A stretch of 64,000 nt of DNA from Octopus vulgaris (taxonomy: Eukaryota), in the NCBI GenBank assembly GCA_951406725.2, contig OX597821.1, positions 104,656,001-104,720,000 of the forward strand. Direction: 5' to 3'. Below, one piece after another: positions 42,038-55,400 of this stretch. Positions within the stretch are counted from its first letter, which is position 1. Each line of letters opens with the position of its first letter. The notes below the pieces were generated by a model. It did no database searches. It was given only the letters and a program-made list of their open reading frames with translations, and was not told the origin of the DNA. A program made the translations under genes and the position numbers.

Positions 42038-44800
42038 TTCAGTAGGTTTATTTTTTATAGCGTGCTTTCACTTCACTACCGAGCGCAGCTCTGTGTGCCT
42101 TGGGTATGTGCTGTGATTTGTTGTGATGCTCTGATGGTTATTGTATGGAAAGTGTTCTGCGTAGGATGTGTGCAGTGCCTAGTAGTGCAATTTTCTGTAT
42201 GTTATATGTGTTTGTAAGTCCTGGTGTTTTTGTTATGTATTTGTCTGAATATTTTTTTATCATGCCTAATGCACCTACTATGATAGGAATTGTTTCTGTT
42301 TTCAGATTCCACATTCTAGTTACCTCTATTTCCAGGTCTTTGTATTTTGAGAGTTTCTCCATTTCTTTTAGAGACACGTTGTCATCAGCCGGTATTGATA
42401 CATCAATTAGAAAGCATTTTTTTTCTTCATGGTCTCTGACAACTATATCTGGTCTGTTGGCCTTAATTTCTCTGTCTGTGTGTATCGGCATATCCCAGGG
42501 TATGGTTGCTTTCTCGTTTTCTGTGACCTTTTCTGGTGTGTGCCTATACCATCTTTTTTCTCTTGTTATTCCATAATGTTGGCATAGCTTCCAATGTATG
42601 TAGGTTCCAACTCTGTCATGTCTGTGAATATATTCCTTCTTAGCCAGGACTGGGCAGCTAGAGATAATATGATTTATTGTTTCTTGTCCATCTCCACATA
42701 TTCTGCAGTTACTTGTAATATTTCTTTTCATTACATGTTTTTGGTAATTTCTGGTGGGGAGGCTTTGGTTTGTGCTGCAATTAAAAATTCCTCTGTTTCT
42801 GCTTTGAGTCCTGAGCTACTCAACCATTGCTGGGATTTTTCTTTGTCTATTTCTTTTGCGTTTAGTTTAGTGCAGTATTTACCATGAAGGGGCTTTTCTT
42901 GCCATCGTTTTATCATGGTTCGTTGTTGTTCTATTTTTAGTTTGGATTTCATTTGTTTTATAGCTTTTGTTGTTTCTTTATCTTCTTCTTCTTCATGTTT
43001 ATTAGGTGGTATGATTTCTTCATTGTATTTGTCAGCTTCCTTAAATACTGAGAACAGTTTTTTGCTTTGCTCGTGTTTTGCCGCTATCTGGATCAGTTTT
43101 CCTTCCTTCTGAAGTAGATATTTTTGCAGTCCTATGGTGGTTATTTTATAGTAGTTTTCCAGCTGTATAAGGCCTCTACCACCTTCTATACGTTGTATAT
43201 ATAGTCTTTCTATGTCAGATTTTGGGTGATGCATCCTAGATCCTGTCATTATTTTTCTTGTTTTCCTATCTATTTTGATCAGTTCATTTCGTGTCCAGTT
43301 AAGGATATTGTAGCTGTAACCTATAACTGGGACAGCTAAAGTGTTGATACCTATTATCTTGTTTTTGGCATTGAGCTCTGTGTTTAGTATTGATCTAACT
43401 CGTCTATAATATTCTTTTTTATTTTCTCTTTCATTTGTGTGTGTTGTGTCTTATGTAGTTCATGGATTCCTAAGTATTTGTAAGTTTGGCTTTGGTCTAA
43501 GTCTTTTATTTCATTGGTTTTATGTAGTGTGATGTTGTTACTCTTAATTAGTTTTCCTCTTTTCATGGTTACTTTGGCGCATTTTTCTAATCCAAATTTC
43601 ATATCTATTTCTTTGGTAAATCCATGAACTGTCTTTAATAGTGTTTCCAGCTGTTTGTCATTTGCAGCGTATAGTTGTAGGTCATCCATATATAAAAGGT
43701 GGCTGATCGTTTTGCCGTAACATTTATATCCGCATCCAGTTCTATTTAGCATATCAGATAGAGGTGACAGTGCCAAGCAGAAAAGGAGTGGAGAGAGCGT
43801 GTCTCCCTGGAATATTCCTCTTCTAATGGGGATGTCTTTGGTTTTCATGAGTCCCTCTTTTGTTTGGAGGTGTAGGACTGTTTGCCATTTATTCATAGAG
43901 TGCTCTATGAATTTTATGATTGTTGGTGCTACTTTGTTAATGGCTAGTGTTTCGAGGATCCATGTGTGGGGGATGCTATCAAACACCTTTTTGTAGTCAA
44001 TCCAGGCCATACTGAGGCCTTTCTTATTTCTGTGGCTGTCTTCAGTTATGGCTTTATTAATCATTAGTTGATCTTTACAGCCATATGGGCCTTTGCGGCA
44101 TCCTTTCTGTTCTTCTGGGAACAGTTTGTTTTCGTCCAGGTGCTTGTTCAGCCTTTGTGATATCACTGCAGTTAATGCCTTGAACATAGTAGGGAGGCAG
44201 GTTATTGGTCTGTAGTTTTCTGGTTTTTCTGTTTCATTTGATTTGGGAATTAAGATGGTTTTCCCCTTCATGAGCCATTCAGGCATTGTCTCTGGCTCTG
44301 CTAGTACGTTGTTAAAGTTTTCAGCCAGCTTTTTGTGCATTCCTGTTAGATATTTCAACCAGAAGTTGGGGATCTTGTCATGCCCAGGTGCCATCCAGTT
44401 GCTTAGTCTTTGCAGTGCCTGGGTGACCTCTTCAGTTGTTATGGGGGTCCAAAGTTGTTCAGATGCCGAGTTTGTTATTTTGATACTCCTTTTTTTGGTG
44501 GTTCGTTCGCCGACCATATTTCTCTCCAGAATTCTTCCAATTCTTCTGCCGTTGGTGCTGCAGTGACTTCTATTTTATTTTTGCCCAGTTCTTGGTAGAA
44601 CTTTTGGGGTTGGAGTTGAACTTTTTGTTTTCTTCAAAGAAGCGTTGGCGTTTCTTGTACCGGCGGATCCTTTGTGCTTTGGCAAGGATATCTTGCTTCA
44701 GCTTATCTTTTATTTCAGGCAAATCTTTCTCTGTGATGTTATATTTGCGGAGTATTTTCGTTCTCTTTTTGTTGCTCAGTAGCGTTGATTGTTTGCTGAT
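42038..44800 (-). mobile_element. 5'-truncated R4/Dong-type LINE (family 2): RT + CCHC + restriction-like endonuclease, few frameshifts
   Basis: ORFs 43384-44517 (YRPITCLPT, EEQKG, WIDYKKVFDSIPH, RGIFQGDTLSPLLF, YMDDL), 42731-43249 and 42138-42731 (CRICG...ETINHIISSC, RHD, RPDIV, IDVSIP); (TAA)n on both sides. Confidence 0.95.
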
Positions 44801-44813
44801 TTTATTATTATTA

Positions 44814-45179
<366 letters not shown>

Positions 45180-45211
45180 TTGTCATCATCATCATCATCA
45201 TTATTGTTATT

Positions 45212-45522
45212 ATTGAGTGACGGAGCAGTGCACGCCATCAAAGTGACACAGGTGTAAAACATACGAATTCCAGTATGCCCATCATGACTACCTAGTGTAC
45301 ACCAGACACGTGCATCACAACCATATATGCGTCACATGGTGATCACATATCAAATTAGACAGTGTATGACCTTCAGGTGGGGCCCTATTAAAGGACCACC
45401 CCGCTCAAATGGTCCTTGAACAAGAGTTGTTTAAGGATGATGGACCAAACAGCCGTGTTTCCCGATGTGAATTATTCAAACACGAAAGAATTCCTGTCAA
45501 CACACTTCTGCTCGTGGTCAAA
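45212..45522 (-). mobile_element. Diverged partial copy of the 38341-38895 (TAA)n-associated element
   Basis: GCCATCAAAGTGACAC, CCCATCATGACTACC and CTTCTGCTCGTG match the reverse complement. Confidence 0.8.
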
Positions 45523-46572
45523 GATTATTATTATTATTTTTATTATTATCATTTCTCATCATCACAGGTTTTGTTGAAGCTCCTGGAGTCTTGCGTGCGT
45601 AGTAGATTAGTTACATGCAGCCTACGATATTATGGCATGCATTCTTTTCAACTATTTAATACTTTCCAAAAAAATTGTGAAGTGCTGATGTATGTGCATT
45701 GCCTTCCGCAGAGAATTGTTCGTTAATTGAAATTCTATTTTTCATTAAAGGATAAGTGATAAGAGAAACCCGTTGGCAACCGTTGCCGTATCTCAGAAGA
45801 AAGAGGAGATAATGTTGATAAATATACAATTAATGTAGCGAAGATAATTTACATATAAATCGGATCACTATTTCCAGCCAGTGACAGTTTATTCAAATAA
45901 TTCAGTCTATTAGACAACATCAGATTATTTTTTGTCTAATCGGCCAGATTAGGTAATATAAATACTTACATACAGGGAAATTGGTATGAATAATTTTTGT
46001 CCTGTGCGTATCCCAGGAGGTATATTTACGTAAGTTTCATTACATGCTATTCATTATAGAAGGATTCAGATGTGGTGGGATATAACAAGTCAGATTTCGT
46101 TGCAGCTTTACTGCATTTCGTAACGTAGCTATTATAACATTATCACATATCAGTATTCGTAGACTGACTTCAATAACATTGTTTTGCATTCCTCTTTCTA
46201 ATAGTAGCCAAAATTCCACCGCAACATATGCACACTGTTATTTTTCTATGATTCTTATTTATTATTATTGTTATTTTTCTAAGTTCAGCGCTGATTAAAA
46301 ATAGTAAAAAGGCTGCATTGCATAGGAAAAACTGCTTACGTTTCTAAAGGTCGTAGCATGATCGACTGTAGTCTTAATAATATGATTGGAATTAACTACC
46401 CACCAAATCAAATAATACGAAGTGAGATGATGTCGAAATCAGAGTGGCAATTCCCTTCCACACATGAAAGAAGGTAATCTTGGAATATTTCAGTTATTAC
46501 AACACTTTATTAACTACCATTAATTATGACATGTCTTTTCAAGTTGTTTCTTTATCATTTATTTATGCGCCC

Positions 46573-46848
46573 TTTTCAAGCCTAGCCAGGCTCATGGGCC
46601 CGGTTTCCTGCTTTCCGTGCCGTATGTGTCCCCCCCCCCAGCTGGACGGGACGCCAGACCATCGCAGCGTTACTCAAGAAACAGGAAGAAAGAGTGAGAG
46701 AAAGTTGGGGCGAAAGAGTACAACATTCGCCAGAACACCCTGCCGGAGCCTCACGGAGCTTTAGATGTTTTCGCTCAATAAACACACAGAAAACCCGCTC
46801 TGGAATTCGAAACCGCGATCCTCCGACCACTGGGCCATTGCGCCTCCA
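46573..46848 (-). mobile_element. SINE with a family C head but a different 3' tail
   Basis: Shares the 5' portion with 8971-9266; tail ...GGAAACCGGGCCCATGAGCCTGGCTAGGCTTGAAAAGG. Confidence 0.8.
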
Positions 46849-47219
46849 GGTTCAAGTTGGTAGTGTTTGTATTTATTTATTTGTTTTGCTACTTCTTCGA
46901 AAATATCAACATTCCTGCCTAAATACTTTCGCTATTACGTATTTCCAATAGTAACAGAAAATCCATCTGTTAGTAACTACCAATACGTAGACAGACGAGT
47001 ATACCGCGGAAGATGATGATGAGTGATATTCCTATACTGTCGAATCTGCTCAATTTCCTGGTTATCACGAGTGTTGTATTTCTGAGGCAGACTCATTTCT
47101 TGGAAAACTTATATATCTAGAATGTTCCAAATATTTTGCTAGTCTGCAACACATTGGCAAAATCGTCAGCTTTTACGCCCACGCTTTCTTTTAATAGATG
47201 ATTATATATAGAAAAGTTA

Positions 47220-47537
47220 GGCACGTGGCTTAGTGATTAGGGCATTCAGCTCATGATTGTAAGGTTGTGAGTTCAATTCCCAGCGACGCGTTGTGTCCTT
47301 CAGCAAGACACTTTATTTCATGTTGCTCCAGTCTATTCAGCTAGCAGAAATGAGTAGTACCTGTATTTCAAAGGGCCGGCCTTGTCACAATCTGTGTCAC
47401 GCTGAATCTCCCTGAGAACTACGTTAGGAGTACACGTGTCTGTGGAGTGCTCAGCCACTTGCACGTTAATTTCAAGAGCAGGCTGTTCCGTCGATCGTAT
47501 CAGCTGGGACCCTCGTCGTCGTAACCGACGGAGTGCT
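47220..47537 (+). mobile_element. SINE with a family B head/core but a different 3' tail
   Basis: GGCACGTGGCTTAGTG..GAGTTCAATTCCC..GCAAGACACTTTATTTCA is shared with 3994; diverges after AGAAATGAGT. Confidence 0.82.
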
Positions 47538-47964
47538 CCGCCTCAGTCGGCGTTCTAGAGATATTGCGGTCGACATTCATTGCAAAGTCTATAGACAAGC
47601 TTTAGAAAACCTCACTCTCAAGTGATTGCAGTATCGAATAATATCTCTAAGCTCATTGTACTGTCAACCGGGATAGTCCTACATTCTGCCAGATCACTCG
47701 CGAGTAGAATAAATCTCGGTTTTAGCGAAGATCTGTCAAGAGATGCACAACCACGTATAAGTGCATGATAAGACATTTACCTCCTTGGTGCGGACATATA
47801 TCGTAATACCAGCTATGTTTAATATTTTTTCTTGTATTCTGTGTATATTTCCATAATGTGTAATTTGCCCAGAGACGTTATCTTCCTGTCAGGAGTACAG
47901 TTATAATGTGTCCCTTCTCTACACAGCGTATGCTACCTGGTTGCTTTTGAGACATAGTAGACAC

Positions 47965-48325
47965 AGGCGTGGCTGTGTGGTAAGAAGTCAGCTTTCAAAC
48001 CCCATTGTTCAGGGTTCAGTCTCACTGCGTGCCACCAATTATAGTCTCAGGTCGACCAAAGCCTTGTCAGTAATAGAAAAAATGATCCGTTGTACACACA
48101 CACACACACACACACACACAGATATATATATACATAGATGTGTGTGCCTGTGCATGTGTTTTTCCTCACATCTCCGCTTGGCAACCGGTGCTGTTCTGTT
48201 CATGTTTCTGTAAATTTGCAGTCCAGTAAGAGAGATAAATTGAATAGGTACTATGTCTGAAAAAAAAACATTTCTGGGGTCGAGTTTTAGGGCTAAAGAC
48301 CCTGCAAATGACTGAAAAGGGTACA
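47965..48325 (+). mobile_element. SINE family A, diverged
   Basis: GGCGTGGCTGTGTGGTAAG head; 3' arm GAATAGGTACTA..CTGGGGTCGA. Confidence 0.72.
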
Positions 48326-48472
48326 AGATAATAGATAAGAGATATAAGGGTTTGGAGGTCGATAGAGGGTCTCTGAAAAACTATTGACCCGTAACTAGGG
48401 TAAATGATCTACTTATCTTTTTCATTGTTAGTTTACTGGAAATATAACAAAAATTTAGCTAGAGAGATATGT

Positions 48473-48809
48473 AAGGTAAAGACCCCCTTCGGTCATGAGT
48501 GACCATGGGTTTGCACCTAGAGAGTTACCCTCTGAGGCACAAGTCTGGGCAAGGTTGTTTTATGGAAGACCAGTAGTCGCCCATGCATACCGGCCTCCCT
48601 CTCCACGCCACCAGTGTTATCCAAGGGAAAGACAAAGGTCGATACAGCTTGGCACCTGTGACGTCGCAACTCATTTCTACAGCTGAGTGAACTGGAGCAA
48701 CGTGAAATAAAGTGTCTTGCTCAAGAACACAACACGCTGCCCGGTCCGGGATTCGAGCTCACAACCTCACGATCGTAAGCTCGACGCTCTAACCACTGAG
48801 CCATGCGCC
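48473..48809 (-). mobile_element. SINE family B, full length
   Basis: Reverse complement of 3994-4333. Confidence 0.9.
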
Positions 48810-49570
48810 TCGTATGTGATGTATATTATCTTTATGAATAATTAGGTTATGAAAATATAAACTCGAATATTTGCAGAACTGTTTAAGCGGTTGATGTCTC
48901 GTGGAAAATTAATTGTATAAATTTCCTCATGTTTATAGCAATTTTAAAACTAAACACATAAGCAATTCCAGGTGCCTGATTAGTTTATATTTCCAAGACA
49001 TAAAGCAAATGGAAATACGTCTGTTTACATAAAAAGAAATTCGCGGGCCCAAACACAATCTTAAACACGCGTACACATAATGACACATATTCAAATTTGT
49101 CAATAGTTTCTCACTTTTGTAAGTGCGCAGATTTACACTCGAGTTTATACGACTGAAATATTTATTTGGCCTGTTACTTTCATTTACAATAATCCAGTAA
49201 TTTTTGTAGGATTTTTTATTCGTGACATTTAAAAAACATTTTTGCTCTTATCTTTTGTAGCATTTCATACCTTAGCTTTAACTAACAAAGCCGATTTATG
49301 TCGAACAAAGATTAGTGCTTGTGGCTTGAAAATGTTTGAGGAGATATGAAACAGTAACAATAAAATTTGAATGCGAAGACATCTGATGCCTTGTTGCCTT
49401 GTTGAATGTAATGATGGCATGTAACCTAGTGGGTAGGGTGTTACACTTACACTTGTAAAAATATGGTTTCGACTCACGGAACAGGTGGTGTTTTGTGTTC
49501 TTGGGCAAGATACATCAATTTCCATTGCACTGGTCCTCACCTCTAAATGCGTTCCAGCAATATAAGATAA

Positions 49571-49776
49571 GGCGGCGAGCTTGCAGAGTCGTTACTGTAC
49601 CGGGCAAAATAATTAGTGACTATTTGTCCGTTTTTACATTCTGTGTTCAAATTCCACGGAAGTCGACTTTAATATTTTCTTTTCGAGAACGATAAAACAA
49701 GTACCAGATGAGCACCAGTGTTGACGTACAAGATTTAACCCCTCCCCCCAAAATTTTCCGTCAAAATTTGAAAGCA
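49571..49776 (+). mobile_element. SINE family M, diverged
   Basis: GGCGGCGAGCTTGCAGAGTCGTTA head, GTTCAAATTCC B box, AAGTACCAG core. Confidence 0.68.
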
Positions 49777-50620
49777 CTATATTGGAAGATAAGCCTCCGA
49801 TGGACAGATATACCATGCAGGGGTTTGGTGTGTTGTAATCTAAATTAATTATACACTATAGAAACTGTTTAATCAACATATTCATTAATCCTAGGGATCA
49901 TCACTGACGTAAGGGATCATCACTGACGTAAGTCTAAAACTACTATTTAGTAATTTGGGGGAATATAATCAACAAAGCTAATTAAGTGATATAAAAACAT
50001 ATGTGAAAGAATTATCCTTAAACGGGAGGCGAATTCTATGTCCGTAAGAATATATAACAAAACATAACTGCTGAGAAGCAAAACATCTTTCTTTTAATCT
50101 TGTAAATTCTTATCTACGTAAAATACTTCAAATTCCTGGTATTGTGTCTTAAGGCATATAAGATAATATATGTTTTATAAAGTCATTCTTCAGCACGGAA
50201 TTAGAAGACGTACTTCTTTAAGTCTACTGGTATGCACAGAGTATATAGAAGAAACTCTGTTGTATAGAAAGTAAAGTTCGCATGAATATCAAAGAATAAC
50301 ATTAATTGCTAAAACGAATATAAAGTTTTATATAAAGTTTCCACGAGAAATCATTCTTAACACTTAGACAACAAACAATGTAATTCTCTATTCAGAAAGA
50401 GATTATGTTGATAATCTTTTAGCTAAGAACTTGCATATATTCTATGGGTTAAAAGATCGCAGGACATCGGACAAATATATTTAATGACTTGAAAGCAACA
50501 AACGCGTAAGATTTTCCTTAAGTACAAATCTGGATGAAAACAAAGAATTAAGAATGCAAATATTAATGTTTGCAGCTTAAAATCATCAGTAAGAAAACTG
50601 ATGTCGCAATGAATATACAT

Positions 50621-50707
<87 letters not shown>

Positions 50708-51619
50708 CATAAATTCCAGCTGCTCTGTATTTCATGTCTTTTCTGTTCTTAACACTCCTTAAATATTTGATTAAGAAAATATCGTATTCTGAAAGTTCTA
50801 AAGTAACCTATGTTTATTTCCTGAAATTTCTTCTTCTCTTCCTCTTGTTTTCGGTTACTCTATGTCTGGCAGTAGGTTTTATATACGTTCGTGCCTACGT
50901 ATGTATGCATGCAAGACTGTTCGTGCGAATATACGTTTGTGTAAAGGCATAACTATATTAGTGTTTGACTATAAACTTATTCATTAATATTAACAAAAGA
51001 ACTTATTGTGTGCCATCAAATATAATATTTTTGTCGTGCTGTCAATGAATCATTTTGAACAAATATCTTTTGAATAATAAAAAGAAATACTTAGGCCACT
51101 ATTGCAATCATATTTATAATTTATATGAAAAATAAAGAAAATTAATTACTCCAATCAATATTAGTGGTCTCTAATAAAACGATAACAATAAACACAATTA
51201 TAAATACACACAGACAGACATACCCACTTCACTGGTTTAACTCCCTCTCTATCTTACGCACACAAACATACTCTTTCTTTCTCTCTCTCTCTCTCTCTCT
51301 CTCTGCATGAACGTCTGTATATATGTTTGTATGTGTCGGTGAGACAACGATTAAGTAAATTTGAGATCCTGTGTTAAGTTTTCGCATCCTCGAAGAGAAT
51401 TAATGTATTTATCATTCACGAGGAACTGAATAGACGTCGGTCAAAATCGTGTCACATAGTTAACAGTGACGTGCAACATTGGAAATAATTTGTTATTTAC
51501 ATTATCATGGAATCGAAAAATTTTCATTATGTTCCCAAATAACCTGTTTACTCATAAGCATGTCCAAAAGCGTGCCCGCACGAACACACACAAACACATA
51601 CATACACACATCCATTATG

Positions 51620-51689
<70 letters not shown>

Positions 51690-51691
<2 letters not shown>

Positions 51692-52100
51692 ATTTGATTT
51701 TTAGTACATTCAAATCAAAATCTAAGAACTCATTGAGCTGACGAAGGAAATGTTGATCTTTATAATCAACTAATCCAGAAACGGGCCTGTTCTCAGGTAA
51801 TCTTATATAGGTGTGATCTTTCGTTATTTTTCCCTCTATACCTGTGTGAGTTATTTTTGAGTATGCATTGTCTGGGAGATTTATCTTACAGTAGAAGAAA
51901 TAGCTAAAATTTTGGGCTGCTATTCCTAAAAAGTTCGGTGTGTGGTAAAGTAAATTATTTTACTGAACCCTATTTTTATAACGTAATGTTTCAAATATAC
52001 CGTAAATGGTCTTTTTATATACTGAACACTACTTGGTAAAATTGATTACTAATTAATTAGATTTACCCTTTGATTATTGACAATATAATTCTCTCTCCCT
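51690..52100 (+). mobile_element. Non-coding HHR-containing element in (TA)n (pseudo-LTR/retrozyme-like)
   Basis: Bounded by (TA)n, contains the HHR at 51734, no ORF. Confidence 0.7.
51734..51795 (+). ncRNA. Type I hammerhead ribozyme motif with intact core
   Basis: TGAG-CTGACGA-A-GGA..(GTTGAT/ATCAAC)..TCC-A-GAAAC-GGGCCT-GTT-CTCA; predicted GUU cleavage at 51791. Confidence 0.85.
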
Positions 52101-52360
52101 GATATATATATATATATATATATAAAAAAGGAAATGAAGAAAATGCTGACAAATAATTGAAGTAATTTAAGTATTTTAATTAGGTGAAAGTTCTTTTTAC
52201 CGGTTGCGCATTTGTTATGCTTATCAAAATATTTTGATAAGCCATATTTTGATAAGCATAACAAATGCGCAACCGGTAAAAAGAACTTTCACCTAATTAA
52301 ATTACTTAAATTACTTCAATTATTTGTCAGCATTTTCTTCATTTCCTTTTTTATATATCA
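52100..52360. repeat. Near-perfect palindrome with about 115-bp arms; each arm carries a degenerate HHR-like motif
   Basis: 52100-52232 versus 52244-52360. The right arm reads TTGATAA-GCAT aacaa ATGC-GCAAC-CG-GTA. Confidence 0.93.
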
Positions 52361-52389
52361 CCACTCGTGTTCGACATCTCCTTTTTTTA

Positions 52390-52465
<76 letters not shown>

Positions 52466-52468
<3 letters not shown>

Positions 52469-55400
52469 GGCAAAGGAAAGTGATTGCGTCACTCATAGCC
52501 TCTCCTCTCCAGGTGTAATGATCGCTGCAGAACTTCTACTTGGCTGCGCCTTGTGGAAAGTTCTTGCTAATGGCCTCTCCTGCACTACTGTGTCCACAGC
52601 AGCACCTTCACGCGGTACCCCTTGTTCTCACTGAGCCTGCTGTGTGGCGCGACCGGGTGCTTGGCGGTATAACCAGGTGGGCAGACTGGGCTCGTTAGCC
52701 TTGGTTGGCAGCCAGTCTAGGAGAAGGAACACTCTGACTCCAAACCCTCGCTCCGCTGCCTTGCGGATGCTCTTGGGAGAGGGAAAGGCTATGGGAGTAA
52801 ACCCAGACAGAAAATCCGGAGTGGAGCCCCGAAGGCGGTAGGGTGTCGAATCTCGACCCCTTTCCGGCAACTCCTGCAGCCAACCAGATTCCAAACGTAC
52901 TGCACTGCATTCCTTTGGATTATGTCTGGGGGGGCCGAGAGGGAGATTCTGGTGTCTGGGCAGCCCAGTGTCTTCGTTTCTACTGCCCAGGCTTGCGCCA
53001 TGGAGAAACTACTACATCGATGGAACAAGCTGAGATGGCAGTTACGAGTTATAAGCCAGGGTGATTTGGCGTAATCCCGGGCGCTACGGGCCGTCTCTAA
53101 CGGTGGGAGGGATCATTGAAGTCCCACTGGTCAGCTACCGCCCGCCTTAAGCTGGGCAGCCCCCGGCCAATAATGGTGCTGACCCGCCACAGACTGCCCG
53201 CTTCAATGGGTGCTTGGAGCTAGGACAAAATCTGAAAAGCAGACTGAAAACCCTGCACCAGCAAACAAAGGAAAAACAAACACCCAGTCACCAGTCTTGC
53301 GACTGGCCACCTGGAATGTCAGGACCATGTGCCCTGGCATCATTGACGATCTACGACAGATGAACGACAGTAGGAAGACAGCAGTCATCAACACCGAATT
53401 GAAAAGGCTGAACATCGACATAGCGGCGCTGCAAGAGACCAGGCTCGCCGCAGAGGGCATGCTACGGGAGAAGGACTACACCTTCTACTGGCAGGGGAGA
53501 CCCGTCAAGGAGGCCCGCCAGCATGGCGTGGGGTTTGCCGTGAGGAACAGCTTGCTCCCCATGGTGATCCCTCCTTCAAATGGCTCAGAGCGCATCCTCA
53601 CTCTTAACCTTGCAAATTCAACGGGGAAGGCAAACATAATTAGTGCTTATGCCCCAACACTCCACTCTCCTCAGGAAATAAAAGACCGGTTCTATGAGGA
53701 GCTCGACGCCACCATCAGCCAGATACCAGGGTCAGAGCCCATCTTCCTTCTGGGCGACTTCAACGCAAGGGTGGGATCCGATCATGGGGCATGGCCAGAT
53801 TGCCTTGGACGCTTTGGCGTGGGGAAGGTGAATGAGAATGGCCAGAGACTGTTGGAGCTTTGCTCTTACCGGAAACTCTGCGTTTCCAACACATTCTTCA
53901 TGACTAAGCCGCATCACCAGGTCTCATGGAGGCACCCAAGGTCCGGACACTGGCACCAACTGGACATGGTCATCACCCGGCGAGCCCACCTCGGCAGTGT
54001 GCTTCTCACACGCAGCTACCATGGTGCTGACTGTGATACAGACAACTTTTTGGTGTGCAGCAGGGTCCGATTGACCCCAAAGAAAATCAACCGTCCCGTA
54101 GGGAAAAGCCGCCCACGCATCAACACCGCCAGGACAACCAACCCGACCTCCGTTCGGAATTCACCGACCGCATGGAGGAGGCCCTTAAAGATCACGCAGC
54201 CACGTCCATCGAGGAGAGATGGCAGATTATTCGCGACACCACTTGCAGAATAGCCATGTCATCCCTAGGAAAGAGGGAGCGGAGAAATCAAGACTGGTTT
54301 GAGGCTCACCTGCCTGAGATGGAGCCTGTCATTGCTGCCAAGAGGGAAGCACTGGTCAACTATAAAAGAACCTGGCTACCCCGAGAACAGCCAGAAGCGA
54401 CGCCCAGAGGACGGCCAGACGTTGCCCCAACATCTACTGGCAGAACGTATGCCAGAACATCCAGTGCTGTGCTGACAGTGGTAACGTGAAAGGGATGTAC
54501 GAGGGGCCCACTGTCAGAAAGGTTGCTCCACTGAAGTCCAGAGATGGCGAGGTCATCAAGGACCAAGCGAAGCAGATGGAGAGGTGGGTCGAGCATTACC
54601 AGAACCTCTACTCCACTGAGAATGTGGTCACCAGGACTGTCCTCGCTGGCATTCCTGCTCTGCCTGTCATGGAGGAGCTTGACCTGCCTCCAACAAAGGA
54701 AGAACTGAGCAAAGCAATTGACTCACTCGCTCGGGGCAAGGCACCAGGGCAAGACGGCATCCCCGCAGAAGTCATCCAGTACGGGAAGCCAGCCCTTCTG
54801 GGTCATCTCCACGAGCTGCTCTGTCAGTGCTGGGAGGAGGGCTCTGTCCCTAAGGATATGCGTGACGCAACATCATCACACTGTATAAAAACAAAGGGGA
54901 CAGAAGCGACTGCAATAATTACAGGGACATATCACTGCTCAGCACTGTCGGTAAGGCATTTGCCAGGGTGGTCCTGAAGAGGTTGCAAATACTTGCAGAG
55001 CGTGTGTACCCCGAGTCTCAGTCTGGCTTTAGGGCAGAGAGGTCTACAATTGACATGATCTTCTCACTCAGGCAGCTTCAAGAAAAGAGTCGAGAACAGA
55101 GACAGCCCCTATACGTGGCCTTCATCGACCTTGCTAAGGCGTTCGACTCAGTCAGCATGGAGGGGCTGTTTGCGCTCCTGGGTAGGATAGGTTGCCCTCC
55201 CAGACTGCGGAAACTTATCACCTCCTTTCACGACGGTATGCAGGGAACAGTGCAGTTTGATGGATCGCCCTCGGAGTCATTCCCCATACAGAGTGGAGTG
55301 AAACAGGGTTGCGTTCTGGCGCCGACGCTCTTCGGAATTTTCTTCTCCCTTGTCCTGTCCTATGCCTTCAGAACGTCCGACGACGGAGTGTTCCTCCACA

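Noticed and set aside
49912-49931. 19-bp tandem duplication AGGGATCATCACTGACGTA (similar short ones near 5830 and 35690)
   Set aside because: Ordinary slippage duplications with two units and no spacers; not CRISPR-like.
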